From the NCBI GenBank assembly GCA_023663235.1, contig JAMPHW010000002.1, positions 146,608-210,607 on the forward strand: a DNA stretch of 64,000 nucleotides, written 5' to 3'. The translations under genes and the position numbers were made by a program. Shown piece after piece: positions 27,852-37,848 of this stretch; the stretch's first letter is position 1; every line of letters starts with the position of its first letter. The notes under the pieces were generated by a model that saw only the letters and a program-made list of their open reading frames with translations, did no database searches and had not been told where the DNA came from. This DNA comes from Ruminococcus sp. (GTDB lineage: Bacteria > Bacillota_I > Bacilli_A > RF39 > UBA660).

Positions 27852-28706
27852 TTAAATACTGTCTTTAGGATTTAACTCTCTTTTTAAAGTTACTTCTTTT
27901 GAACTTTTACCTAAACTTTCTGGCTCTACTAAATTATCACTGTATCCTAATCCCATTGTTTCCGCATTAGCTTGAGCTATAGCATCTCTATGTGATTGTT
28001 TGATCTCATTAATAGTTGGTAAGAGTCCTTCCTCATAAGATGAAATTAAAATATATCCATATACAGTAAAAACTTTACCCTTACTTTCTTCCTCTGTTAT
28101 ATCTTCATAAAGATGTATAGTTCTATAATTCTCACTTTCAAATCTAATTTGGTTAATTTCAAACATAAAACTAGGAATTCCAATAATAGCAACATATTCA
28201 CCATCAATTTTTCCGATTCTATATTGATAAGAAGTAAACTCATTAAGTCTTTTTACTTCTTCAAAGCTACAATCATGTAATAATAATTTATCATCTAATA
28301 GATTAATTGAATCATGATCAGGCATAATTTTCTTTTTAAAATTAACTACAGCAAATCTTTCTCTTTCTTTATCTGTTCTTAATTTAGAATAATTTTCCTT
28401 TTCTTTGTCTGTCATTGGAATTAAAGCATCATTCTCTTCAAAATATCTAAACATTCTTTTTTGATCTAAAATCCCTTTAATTTCAGCACTAATTAAGTTA
28501 ACGCCTGGAAACAATTTTAAAAACATTCTTAATACAGTTTTAATAACAGAAGCCCTTTTTTCTATTAATTCAATCCAAACTTCCTCATTAATTCTATAGC
28601 CTTTTTCAATAATCTCTGGTATTGCTTTTAATACATGTTTTACATAAATAGATTCCGAATACATAATAGTTACTAACTCTAAGAAAACTCCTAAAAATAT
28701 ATTCAT
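27852..28706 (-). CDS. Hypothetical protein (284 aa)
   Basis: Strong GAGGAGGAG RBS and a plausible own promoter. No recognisable motif. Confidence 0.55.
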   Translation of the reverse strand: MNIFLGVFLELVTIMYSESIYVKHVLKAIPEIIEKGYRINEEVWIELIEKRASVIKTVLRMFLKLFPGVNLISAEIKGILDQKRMFRYFEENDALIPMTDKEKENYSKLRTDKERERFAVVNFKKKIMPDHDSINLLDDKLLLHDCSFEEVKRLNEFTSYQYRIGKIDGEYVAIIGIPSFMFEINQIRFESENYRTIHLYEDITEEESKGKVFTVYGYILISSYEEGLLPTINEIKQSHRDAIAQANAETMGLGYSDNLVEPESLGKSSKEVTLKRELNPKDSI

Positions 28707-28737
28707 ATCTATCTCCTCCTCTTCACAATTAACGAAT

Positions 28738-28765
28738 ATTATAGCATAAATTTCTAATATATCAA
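28738..28765 (-). promoter_or_regulatory. Candidate sigma-A promoter for the 284-aa gene
   Basis: Minus strand reads TTGATA-16 nt-TATAAT, about 30 nt upstream of the ATG. Confidence 0.4.
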
Positions 28766-28825
28766 TACTTTTAATAATTTTTCATAAAAAAAGCAATAAC
28801 CTTAGCTATCACTTTTATTTAAAAT

Positions 28826-29704
28826 TTAGTTTCCTTTAATTTGATTCATTACTTCTTCAGCAAAGTTTTCACTTCTTTTTTCCATACCTTCGCCTACTTC
28901 AAAACGAACCATAGTAACTATCTCACTATTATTATTTTTAACATAAGTATTAACACTTATATCTCCATCTTTAATAAATGATTGTTCAGCAAGACAAATT
29001 TCTTTAAAGTATTTCTTAATACGTCCTTCAACCATTTTTTCAGCAATTTCTGCAGGTTTACCCTCAGACATAGCAATTTCTTTTTGAACTTCTCTTTCAC
29101 GATTTACTACATCTTCTGGAACATCACTTTCAAATACATAAAGAGGCTTCATTGCTGCAGCTTGCATTGCAACATCTTTTGCAACTTCTTCATTATTACC
29201 TTTTAAAACAGTTAAAACAGCAATTCTTCCACCTAAATGAAGATATGAACCAAATACTTCATTATCATTTTTTTCAAGAACTTCAATTCTTCTTAATGAT
29301 AATTTCTCTCCTATTTTAGCAGTTTTTGCAACTATTAAATCATTAATAGTTCCCTCATCACAAGATAATTTTAAAGCATCTTCTAAAGTACTTACTGTAC
29401 TACCTAAAATAGTATTTCCAATAGTATCTATCATACTTGTAAATTCTTCATTTTTACTAACAAAGTCTGTTTCACTATTAACTTCTAGAATAACAGCACG
29501 ATTACCATTAACATAAATATTGGCTAAACCTTCAGCGGCAATACGAGATTCTTTTTTAGCACTTTTTGCAATTCCTTTTTCTCTTAGCCAATCAATACTA
29601 GCTTCCATATCACCATTACATTCAGCTAAAGCCTTTTTGCAATCCATCATACCTGCGCCAGTTTTTTCACGCAAGTCTTTTACCATACTCGCTGTAACTT
29701 CCAT
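28826..29704 (-). CDS. tsf: Translation elongation factor Ts
   Basis: 292 aa. N-terminal UBA-like VKDLREKTGAGMMDCKKALAECNGDMEASIDWLREKG. Directly downstream of rpsB. Confidence 0.95.
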   Translation of the reverse strand: MEVTASMVKDLREKTGAGMMDCKKALAECNGDMEASIDWLREKGIAKSAKKESRIAAEGLANIYVNGNRAVILEVNSETDFVSKNEEFTSMIDTIGNTILGSTVSTLEDALKLSCDEGTINDLIVAKTAKIGEKLSLRRIEVLEKNDNEVFGSYLHLGGRIAVLTVLKGNNEEVAKDVAMQAAAMKPLYVFESDVPEDVVNREREVQKEIAMSEGKPAEIAEKMVEGRIKKYFKEICLAEQSFIKDGDISVNTYVKNNNSEIVTMVRFEVGEGMEKRSENFAEEVMNQIKGN

Positions 29705-29717
29705 TATAAATTCCTCC

Positions 29718-30701
29718 TTATTTTAAATTTTCTATTAATTCTTCTTTTTTCATAGTAGAATAGCCTTTTAAGCCTTGTTCTTTAGCTATATTTTTTAATT
29801 CTGCTAAAGTAAGAGAACCATAATCTTTTGCTTCTTCTTTTATAGAAGCTTTTTCAACTTTTTCTGGCTTTCTATCTTTCTTTTCTACTTTTCTATCTTT
29901 ATAACCATTAAACTTATCATCTTTTGTAATTTCAGCTTTAGGTTCTTCTTTAATTAGTTCATCCATTGTCTTTGTTTCTTTAGATTTCTTATCTTCTTCA
30001 GTAACATAATCAACCATTTCTAAATTACGAGCTTCACAAATAGCATTTGCTAAAACTCCTAAAATAACTTTAACGCTTCTTACAGCATCATCATTACCTG
30101 GAATTACAAAATCAACATCATCAGGATCACAGTTAGTATCTACAATACCAAATACTGGAATTTTAAGTTTTCTAGCTTCTCTTATCGCATTAATTTCCTT
30201 TTTAGGATCTACGATAATCAACGCATTAGGAAGTTTATCCATAGCTCTAATACCTGATAAAATTTTATTTAATTTTTCATATTCTTTTTTAAGTCCTATA
30301 ACTTCTTTTTTAGGTAACACTTCGAAACGTCCATCTTTTTCCATTGCTTCAATTTCTTCTAGACGTCTAACTCTTCTTCTAATTGTTCTAAAATTAGTTA
30401 AAGTACCACCTAACCAACGCTCAGTTACATAATAAGAATTACTTCTTAAAGCTTCTTCTTTAGCAACTTCTTGAGCTTGTTTTTTTGTACCTACAAATAG
30501 GAATGTTCCACCATTATCAGCGATTGCTTTAATTTCAGTATAAGCTTCTTCCATTAATTTTGTAGTTTTTTCAAGGTCTATTATATAAATATCCTCTCTT
30601 GTACCAAAGATATATTCTTTCATCTTTGGGTTCCATCTTTTTGTTTGATGTCCAAAATGAACACCAGCTTCTAATAAATAACTCATAGAAACTACGGCCA
30701 T
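29718..30701 (-). CDS. rpsB: 30S ribosomal protein S2 with a about 95-aa C-terminal extension ending in a Rho_N/HeH-like motif
   Basis: S2 core ([19 protein letters not shown]..., IVDTNCDPD). 327 aa, whereas I recall typical S2 at about 240-260 aa. The tail ends [31 protein letters not shown]. Confidence 0.93.
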   Translation of the reverse strand: MAVVSMSYLLEAGVHFGHQTKRWNPKMKEYIFGTREDIYIIDLEKTTKLMEEAYTEIKAIADNGGTFLFVGTKKQAQEVAKEEALRSNSYYVTERWLGGTLTNFRTIRRRVRRLEEIEAMEKDGRFEVLPKKEVIGLKKEYEKLNKILSGIRAMDKLPNALIIVDPKKEINAIREARKLKIPVFGIVDTNCDPDDVDFVIPGNDDAVRSVKVILGVLANAICEARNLEMVDYVTEEDKKSKETKTMDELIKEEPKAEITKDDKFNGYKDRKVEKKDRKPEKVEKASIKEEAKDYGSLTLAELKNIAKEQGLKGYSTMKKEELIENLK

Positions 30702-30890
30702 AAATTAACACCTGTCCTTTCGTTTTTACCTCTTAATACTTCAACATAAACCACCACTACTTTTAGGTAGCACTAGGAAATTTACTCAGTATTAATGTGT
30801 ATTTGCAATTTATTTGCCACAAACATTGTACTATATATTATATAAAAATACAAGTTAAAAATGCTTTAAATGCTCATAATTTCTAAGAAA

Positions 30891-33185
30891 CTAGCAATTT
30901 TGCAACTTATTTTGTTCTTTCATGATAAGGACTAATTCACTTATAAATGGACTTCTTTTATTCTCATCTTCATTATATAATAAATACACATAATTTTTAG
31001 TTCGAGTTAGAGCAACATAAAATAGTCTTCGCTCTTCAGCAAAAGGAATACTTTCCTCTTCTAATCTTTCCTTAAATAGGGCTTTTAACCAAAATGGATC
31101 TTTTATATTACTCGGGAAAGTATTATTTAAACCAATTAATATTACTTCATCACAAGTAAGACCTTTAGATTTATGAATAGTCATACCATCAATATCTATA
31201 TCTTCATAACCTATAAAAGTTATTTTAGTATCAATTTCATCCCTAAAATCATTGTCTTTAAATAAATTATTTATCATGTCATTAGTTCTTGCTAAAACCA
31301 TTATTTTATGAGTTGGATTTTCTTGATGAATTTTAATTATTAATTTTTTTAAAGTTTCTTTTTCTTCTTTATCTTTAAATTTAATAAATCTAATAGGATT
31401 TCTAATGATTTTATCAGAAACTAATTCTTTTTTTATTTGATCATCATTTTTCATAACAAAACTACCTGAATATTTTATAAGTTCCTCACTATTACGATAA
31501 GTTTTAGTAATTTTTAATAATTTAGCTCCATTAAAATATTTTTCAAAATTATATATATATTTAATCTTAGAGCCAGTAAAAGCAAATATCGATTGCCAAT
31601 CATCACCTACTGCAACCACCTTAGAACTATTTATATCTGATATCTTTTTAGCAAATAAATATCTTTCTTTAGATATATCCTGATATTCATCAATAATTAT
31701 ATAATCAAATTGTAAATTATTACTATGCCCTATACTTTCCATGTATTTTAAAGCATAATAGAATAAATCACTAAAATCAAAACCATATTTCTCAGAATCA
31801 TTAAATAATTTATCCTGATAATATATATAAAACTCATTAAAATAGCTAAACTCTTTATACATTAAAGTTTGAACTTCGCTAGGGCTTTTAGATATAAAAT
31901 CATTTATTATATCTATATAATCACTTCTTCTTTCATGAGCTTTTAAAGTATCCACAAGATTATATAAAAAATCTTTAAAAGGATAAATTGTAGAAGCTGG
32001 ATTATTGCTTAATATTCTATCATATATTTCTTCATAAGTTTTAGGTTTTAAAACAAAACCCATCTTTAAAAGTTCTCTTTTTAAAGTTTCTTCTAAATTT
32101 TCGCCTGGAATACGATCAAGCGCAATAAATCTCGTATTATGTTCTTTATGATATTGTTCTTTTTGTTTTCTATTTTTTTCATAACGAGCAAGCTCGTTAT
32201 ATGAAGAAGAATCATAATTAGATAAACCAAAATATTCTAAATATACAGGAAATCCTCCTAGTTCAAGCGTAAAATCTGGCTTATATGATTTATTATCACT
32301 AATTAATTCAGGATATATTTTTTCATATTCGTATTCTATTCCGTTTCGATATAAGAAATTAGCAATTATTGCTTCCCCTTTTGATTTTACTATTTCACCA
32401 GTTATCGTTTTAATATACTCATCATTATTTATATTAGCCTCAATTAAATCTTCAACAAATCTAGGTAAATCTTTTACTTCTAATATTTTATTTTTCTTAT
32501 AATCTTTAAAATAATCATCAAAAGTAGCATATTTCTCATAATTATCTTTAAAATATTTGCCAAAAAGCCAAGGGTAACCTGTCTTATCTCGACTAAATAT
32601 CTCCATTATTTCTTTTAGCTTCTCTTTGTAAGGAAAAATTTTTTCTTTAAAGAAATCAATAAATATTTTATTTCTTAATTCATAATCTATAACATAACAC
32701 TTATGCGTTTTAAATATTTCTCTTATATAAGAAAATCCTAAAGAATGAAATGTCGTTATATTAGCAGATATTCCAAAATCAACTTTAATTCTTGCTTCTA
32801 ATTCTTCTGTAGCTTTTTTAGTAAAACTCATAACGGCTATTTTAGAAGGATTTACCCCTTTTATATCAACTAAATATTTTACTTTAGAAACCATAGTAGT
32901 AGTTTTCCCTGTACCAGCTCCTGCAATTATCAAGGAATAATCTTCATCTGTTAATATTGCTTTTATTTGCTCTTTATCTAAATGAATATTATCATCTATT
33001 CCTTTATACATATTAAGAAAATAGTCTTTATATTTAATATAATCGTTTTCAACCACATTATCATTATATTTATTTAAATCGAAATTATTAGGTATTAAAT
33101 TAGGATTTTCTGTCTTTATTTTATTATAAAGATTCGCACTAATATATTCATAATTACTTAACTTTCTATTAAACTCTTCAATCAT
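30891..33185 (-). CDS. UvrD/Rep-superfamily helicase, DNA helicase IV-like, with an embedded restriction-endonuclease-like module
   Basis: 764 aa. Walker A IIAGAGTGKTTTM. Insert KSKGEAIIANFLYRNGIEYEYEKIY...YKPDFTL...YLEYFG is typical of helicase IV-type proteins. C-terminal FYVALTRTKN motif. Confidence 0.8.
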   Translation of the reverse strand: MIEEFNRKLSNYEYISANLYNKIKTENPNLIPNNFDLNKYNDNVVENDYIKYKDYFLNMYKGIDDNIHLDKEQIKAILTDEDYSLIIAGAGTGKTTTMVSKVKYLVDIKGVNPSKIAVMSFTKKATEELEARIKVDFGISANITTFHSLGFSYIREIFKTHKCYVIDYELRNKIFIDFFKEKIFPYKEKLKEIMEIFSRDKTGYPWLFGKYFKDNYEKYATFDDYFKDYKKNKILEVKDLPRFVEDLIEANINNDEYIKTITGEIVKSKGEAIIANFLYRNGIEYEYEKIYPELISDNKSYKPDFTLELGGFPVYLEYFGLSNYDSSSYNELARYEKNRKQKEQYHKEHNTRFIALDRIPGENLEETLKRELLKMGFVLKPKTYEEIYDRILSNNPASTIYPFKDFLYNLVDTLKAHERRSDYIDIINDFISKSPSEVQTLMYKEFSYFNEFYIYYQDKLFNDSEKYGFDFSDLFYYALKYMESIGHSNNLQFDYIIIDEYQDISKERYLFAKKISDINSSKVVAVGDDWQSIFAFTGSKIKYIYNFEKYFNGAKLLKITKTYRNSEELIKYSGSFVMKNDDQIKKELVSDKIIRNPIRFIKFKDKEEKETLKKLIIKIHQENPTHKIMVLARTNDMINNLFKDNDFRDEIDTKITFIGYEDIDIDGMTIHKSKGLTCDEVILIGLNNTFPSNIKDPFWLKALFKERLEEESIPFAEERRLFYVALTRTKNYVYLLYNEDENKRSPFISELVLIMKEQNKLQNC

Positions 33186-33255
33186 AATATCACTTTCTTA
33201 TTATAATAAGTATATCATAAATATATTTTTTTATCAGTAAAAAATTTATAATACT

Positions 33256-33283
33256 AAAAAAATGTAGTTACCCTACATTTTTA
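33256..33283 (-). terminator. Rho-independent terminator after the zinc-ribbon gene
   Basis: Minus strand: AAAATGTAG-GGTAA-CTACATTTT followed by a T-run, 3 nt after the stop. An A-run on the other side makes it potentially bidirectional. Confidence 0.6.
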
Positions 33284-33285
33284 TT

Positions 33286-33501
33286 TTAAATTTTATCTCT
33301 CTTATCTTTTTTAGTTTCCAATTTTCTAGGATTTTTAACAAAAGATCTCACTACAGTACCACAATCTAAACATATTATATGATATAACTTTTGCTCTTTG
33401 GTTGTAATTCTTTTGCTAGCAGGATAAACGTTCCCATATCCATTATGTTTAGCTTTAACAAATTCTTTTCCACCACAATATGGACATATTTCCTTATTCA
33501 T
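33286..33501 (-). CDS. Small zinc-ribbon protein (71 aa)
   Basis: CPYCGG ... CLDCG pair of CxxC knuckles. Basic C-terminal tail. GGAAGTGA RBS. Confidence 0.5.
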   Translation of the reverse strand: MNKEICPYCGGKEFVKAKHNGYGNVYPASKRITTKEQKLYHIICLDCGTVVRSFVKNPRKLETKKDKRDKI

Positions 33502-33554
33502 TCTATCACTTCCTATTATAGTATAACACTAATTAAATTATTATTAAATAAAAC

Positions 33555-35372
33555 TTAAGCTAAAAGATTACTAACATATTTAATATATTCATTAATTACA
33601 TTACTCGTTTTACTACTCATTATTATATCTTTAGTAAGAGTTATATCATCGGTTATAATATTATCAACATTATAGTCAAGCATCTTTTTAATAGTTTCCT
33701 CATTATTAATCGTCCAAACATATAACTCTTTACCTGCATTATGAATTTCGCTTACTAATTTCTTTGTAACATTTGTGGCTTCAATACTAAAATGATCAGC
33801 TTTATCAAACTCCAAAATATTTCCATAAGCAAGACTCATAACATAAACAGTTTTAATATTTTTATCATAAGCTTTAACATTTTCAATAACACTATAAATT
33901 TGTGAAGCAATTATTGAGTCTTCTTCAAAATTTAGTTCTTTAATAAGATCTATAACATTTTTTTCAAAATCATTTTCTTTACCAGTTGGCTTTAGTTCAA
34001 TATTTAGCTTCATATTATTAGCTTTTGCCCATACTATAACATCTTTTAAAAGTGGTATTCTTTCGCTATTAAACTTACTATCTAAAAAACTACCATTATC
34101 TAGATTTTTTATTTCCTCATAAGTTACTTCCCAAGTGTTTTTATTTAAATTCGCAGTTCTTTTTAAATTTGTATCATGCATAACAATAAGACTTCCATCT
34201 TTTATTTGTTGGACATCAAGTTCAATCCATTCTGCTCCTTTTTCTTTAGCGCCCTTAAACGCTGACATCGTGTTTTCTGGATAATCCAGTGAAGAGCCTC
34301 GATGTGCTGTAACTTCAACTTGTCTTAAATATTCAATATTAAGATTATAATCACCTTTATAAACACCATAAGTAAATAATATACCAATTAAAAAGGCAAT
34401 TAAAGCTATACCTACTACACATTTCTTTAAAATGGTATCTATTCTTTTATGCTCTTTACTAGGAGTCACTTTTATATGATTAATCTTTTCTTGATTTTTG
34501 TTTTTACGAAAATAATATAGCGAACTAATCCCTGCATAACTTATAGGTGTTGCAAGAAGTCCAAAAACCACAAAAGATAAAGCAATAAAAAACCATATTA
34601 TAGTTGTTAAAATACTTTTTAAAAGTAAAACTTTTAAAGCTTTATCAATCAAAATTATAATTAAAATACCTAATACAATAAAAACAATATAAAAAACAGA
34701 ATAAACTACTTGAATAATAATTAAAGTTATCAAATCCATAATGTTATTGCCTAAGTTAATACTTTTTTTACGAGCTTCTCTAAAACTTACATCTTCTAAA
34801 ACATAATAATGAAGCGAGTATAACCATCGCAAAAGTACTATTACTAAAAATATTATTATTAAGGCAAAAATAATAATGAAGGTTATATTTTGCATAATAT
34901 AATCATTTATAAATTCAGGTATATTAATAGCACTAATAAAGCTAGAACCAATTCCAATATGTAAAAATGGAATAATAAATAAAACCATGATAGCTAATGG
35001 TATATTTTTATAATTAAACACTTTCTTACATTTGATTATAGATAATCTAATAGCATCAATTACTTTAATTTTCTTTTTATGATAAGAGCTATCTAATATA
35101 ATTATAATATTAGTAATATCAAACATTGAATAGACAGTCATAATTAATATTAAAATTACGATTAAAATCACAGTTAAAGGATTAGATAAAAAGGCCCATA
35201 CATTTTCAAGTGTTAAATATTTATATCCCGTTAATCTCATAATTAAATCAAAAGAATTCACAAATAATGGCACAAAAACAAGTAAAGATAATACCTTAAA
35301 AATCAACTCAAATAACACTAGACTTTTAAAATTATAACTAACCATACGCCAAATATCTTTAACTGTTTTCAT
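33555..35372 (-). CDS. Membrane-bound glycerophosphodiester phosphodiesterase (GDPD with N-terminal multi-TM domain)
   Basis: About 330-aa polytopic N-terminus, then the GDPD catalytic core VTAHRGSSLDYPENTMSAFKGAKEKGAEWIELDVQQIKDGSLIVMHDTNLKRT. Confidence 0.85.
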   Translation of the reverse strand: MKTVKDIWRMVSYNFKSLVLFELIFKVLSLLVFVPLFVNSFDLIMRLTGYKYLTLENVWAFLSNPLTVILIVILILIMTVYSMFDITNIIIILDSSYHKKKIKVIDAIRLSIIKCKKVFNYKNIPLAIMVLFIIPFLHIGIGSSFISAINIPEFINDYIMQNITFIIIFALIIIFLVIVLLRWLYSLHYYVLEDVSFREARKKSINLGNNIMDLITLIIIQVVYSVFYIVFIVLGILIIILIDKALKVLLLKSILTTIIWFFIALSFVVFGLLATPISYAGISSLYYFRKNKNQEKINHIKVTPSKEHKRIDTILKKCVVGIALIAFLIGILFTYGVYKGDYNLNIEYLRQVEVTAHRGSSLDYPENTMSAFKGAKEKGAEWIELDVQQIKDGSLIVMHDTNLKRTANLNKNTWEVTYEEIKNLDNGSFLDSKFNSERIPLLKDVIVWAKANNMKLNIELKPTGKENDFEKNVIDLIKELNFEEDSIIASQIYSVIENVKAYDKNIKTVYVMSLAYGNILEFDKADHFSIEATNVTKKLVSEIHNAGKELYVWTINNEETIKKMLDYNVDNIITDDITLTKDIIMSSKTSNVINEYIKYVSNLLA

Positions 35373-35392
35373 ATCATCAACACCAACACTTT

Positions 35393-35950
35393 TTAATATA
35401 TATAATCTAACAATTCAGAAAATTCTATATAACCACTTTCTGAATTTAAATGACCTCCACCAGAAATCATAACTTGTTTAAGAGTTATAGTATCTGCAAA
35501 TCCCTTTTCTACTTCATATTTTACATATGGATCATTATCAGAGTATAAACATACAATATCATCACAATAATTCTTAATATCTTCTAAATTATCACAATAC
35601 ATACTTTCGTTTACAGTATCATATTCATCATTTATCCCCAAATAATTGTTAAAACCGCAAACAAGTACTAATCTTTTAACTTTAATTTTATTCTCTATTA
35701 AAAACTTACAAATAAATATAGGAGCTATAGAATGTGCAAAAATAATTGTATTTTCATTAACTATTTTAGCATTAACATAAGTTTTTAAAAGATTAGACCA
35801 GTTCTCATAATTTTGAAAACCAACCCCAATTGGAAAATCTGGAGTGTACACTTCTAAATTTCTATTTTCAATTTCTCTTCTCAAGTATGGAAACCAATTG
35901 GAAAAAGGTGTTCCAAAACTACCATGAACTATTAAATAATTATTTTTCAT
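35393..35950 (-). CDS. Alpha/beta hydrolase, RBBP9/YdeN-like serine hydrolase family
   Basis: 185 aa. YLIVHGSFGTPFSNWFPYL N-terminus and nucleophile-elbow-like FAHSIAP. Confidence 0.6.
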   Translation of the reverse strand: MKNNYLIVHGSFGTPFSNWFPYLRREIENRNLEVYTPDFPIGVGFQNYENWSNLLKTYVNAKIVNENTIIFAHSIAPIFICKFLIENKIKVKRLVLVCGFNNYLGINDEYDTVNESMYCDNLEDIKNYCDDIVCLYSDNDPYVKYEVEKGFADTITLKQVMISGGGHLNSESGYIEFSELLDYIY

Positions 35951-35952
35951 TT

Positions 35953-36816
35953 TTATGTCTCCTTTTTTTCTATTTGCTTATTTTTATCTATATATTTATA
36001 TGGAAGTGAGTTTTCATTACTAATTACCGATTTTCCTAGATTCTTTTCAATATCTTCTTTAGCAACTTTCGCAGCATGGCCACCCATTTTAGCTATTTTT
36101 TTATTTTGTTCTAAACCTATTGGCTTATGAGCTTTAGCAAGTTCTCGGGTAGCAATTTCACCTAAGTCAGTTAGGGCAATTTCAATATCAGACATGTTGT
36201 CTCTTAGAGATTCTTTTCTAATACCTTTAAATGCTTTATATTCACTAGCTTTCATTCCAGACCATTCTTTATATATTTCATTAGTAAGTATTCCATATTC
36301 AAAACTATTTGAAATGCCATTTTCTTTCCATACATCAGTCAGTTTATTTCTATCTAATATTCCTTTTAATCTAGATTCAATCCATTTGTCAGAATATCCT
36401 CTTTTACGATAATAATCAATAGCTCTTTTAATAGCAATTTCAGGGTCAAAAACTTCATCAATCCTTTCACTTCCTAAAGACGCAAGCCAAATTTTAAAAG
36501 GTTCAGCATTAGGACTTGGTACAGATTCTATAAGCCTTAAAATACCTTTAGTATCCAATGTGTCTGTTTTATAAAGCTTCCCATCAGAAGATTTCATTTT
36601 CAGTTGTCGACATTTTGTCGATAACTCACTTTTTTCTTCTTCAGTCATTCTTTTTTTTAATTTGTACCAATAGTCATTAGGGTTTTTGCTCTCGGTTAGA
36701 GTACTAATAACATCAACTACACTAAAATAGTAATCTTCTTTTTCACTATCCCAGATACTTCTTATTTCACTACCCTCAAATAAATTGGTAATTGTTTCTA
36801 ATTTTTTTTCATTCAT
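35953..36816 (-). CDS. Bro-N domain protein, DinD (DNA-damage-inducible protein D)-like
   Basis: IRSIWDSEKEDYYFSVVDVISTLTESKNPNDYWYKLKKRM and RLIESVPSPNAEPFKIWLASLGSERIDE resemble the Bro-N/DinD family. Confidence 0.6.
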   Translation of the reverse strand: MNEKKLETITNLFEGSEIRSIWDSEKEDYYFSVVDVISTLTESKNPNDYWYKLKKRMTEEEKSELSTKCRQLKMKSSDGKLYKTDTLDTKGILRLIESVPSPNAEPFKIWLASLGSERIDEVFDPEIAIKRAIDYYRKRGYSDKWIESRLKGILDRNKLTDVWKENGISNSFEYGILTNEIYKEWSGMKASEYKAFKGIRKESLRDNMSDIEIALTDLGEIATRELAKAHKPIGLEQNKKIAKMGGHAAKVAKEDIEKNLGKSVISNENSLPYKYIDKNKQIEKKET

Positions 36817-37007
36817 TTTTTCTTTCCTTTCTTTTAGTCTTCTTAAATTTCTCTAATCTATATCTCAAATATATCAATATTTTATTTTAGTGTCAAGGAA
36901 AAGAAATTCTGAATAAAAAAGCTAGAAAAAACATACAATTTACTAATTAATTTATACTTATAATTTCTAATTCTTCTTTTAGAAATTATCTTTATTTTTT
37001 AACTATT

Positions 37008-37733
37008 TTACAATCTTCCACCATTTATCCAAATATTTTCACCAGTAATAAAACTTGCATCATCAGATAATAAAAATAAACAAAGCTTAGCTGTATCTTC
37101 TGGAGTAGCAAATCTCCCTAATGGTGTTTCTTTTAATTTTTGTTGTATTTCCTCTTCTTTCCAGCCTTTTAATGATAATGGAGTAGGAGTAAATGCAGGA
37201 CATATAGAATTTGCTCTAATATTTTTATCAGCATATTCTAAAGCTGTTGCCTTAGTAAAATTTATAATACCAGCCGCAGCCACACAATAAGCAGGTGACT
37301 CAGTACAAGGAACAACTCCTAAATGAGAAGAAATATTAACAATTGACCCTCCATTATTCATAAATTCATAAGCGTATTTAGTACAAATTACCTTTCCTAA
37401 TAAATTAATATCTAAAACCTTTTTAAATTCTTCAATATTAAAATCTTTAATTAAATTATCTATAAAAGTACCAGCATTATTAACTAAATAATCTATTTTA
37501 CCAAACCGTTCTTTTATTGTCTTAAACATTTTAATAACTTGATCTTCCTTGCTTACGTCACATTTGATTATTAATAAATTTTTATTATTTATCTCTTTCT
37601 CTAACTCTTTAGCGTTATTTTCATTATTACTATAACAAGTAACTACCTTTATTCCACTATCTAATAATACTTTAACAATCCCTTTTCCTATTCCAGAAGT
37701 TCCTCCAGTAACTAAAGCTATTTTGTTTTTCAT
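37008..37733 (-). CDS. Short-chain dehydrogenase/reductase family protein (FabG-like fold) with a non-canonical active-site motif
   Basis: VTGGTSGIGKG cofactor motif and NNAG. The expected YxxxK reads YCVAA (Lys replaced by Ala). Start trimmed to ATG 37733 (AGGAGG RBS). Confidence 0.8.
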   Translation of the reverse strand: MKNKIALVTGGTSGIGKGIVKVLLDSGIKVVTCYSNNENNAKELEKEINNKNLLIIKCDVSKEDQVIKMFKTIKERFGKIDYLVNNAGTFIDNLIKDFNIEEFKKVLDINLLGKVICTKYAYEFMNNGGSIVNISSHLGVVPCTESPAYCVAAAGIINFTKATALEYADKNIRANSICPAFTPTPLSLKGWKEEEIQQKLKETPLGRFATPEDTAKLCLFLLSDDASFITGENIWINGGRL

Positions 37734-37848
37734 TTTTCCTCCTAATCTATAACTATTTATACTATAACACATAATAAATTTAATTTCGAGAAAAATTAAT
37801 GATTAATTTTAAAAGATAAAAAATAAACCCTATAAAAGGATTTATTAA

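Noticed and set aside
30702-30890. Possible structured autoregulatory leader upstream of rpsB.
   Set aside because: I could not identify a convincing conserved pseudoknot or hairpin by eye. The S2 leader I know is described for other phyla.
36960-36989. Perfect 11-bp inverted repeat ATAATTTCTAA-ttcttctt-TTAGAAATTAT just downstream of the SDR gene.
   Set aside because: The T-run follows it only on the plus strand, where no gene reads into it. On the minus strand it lacks a T-tract. It is noted as a possible insulator or weak terminator, but it is too AT-rich and ambiguous to call.
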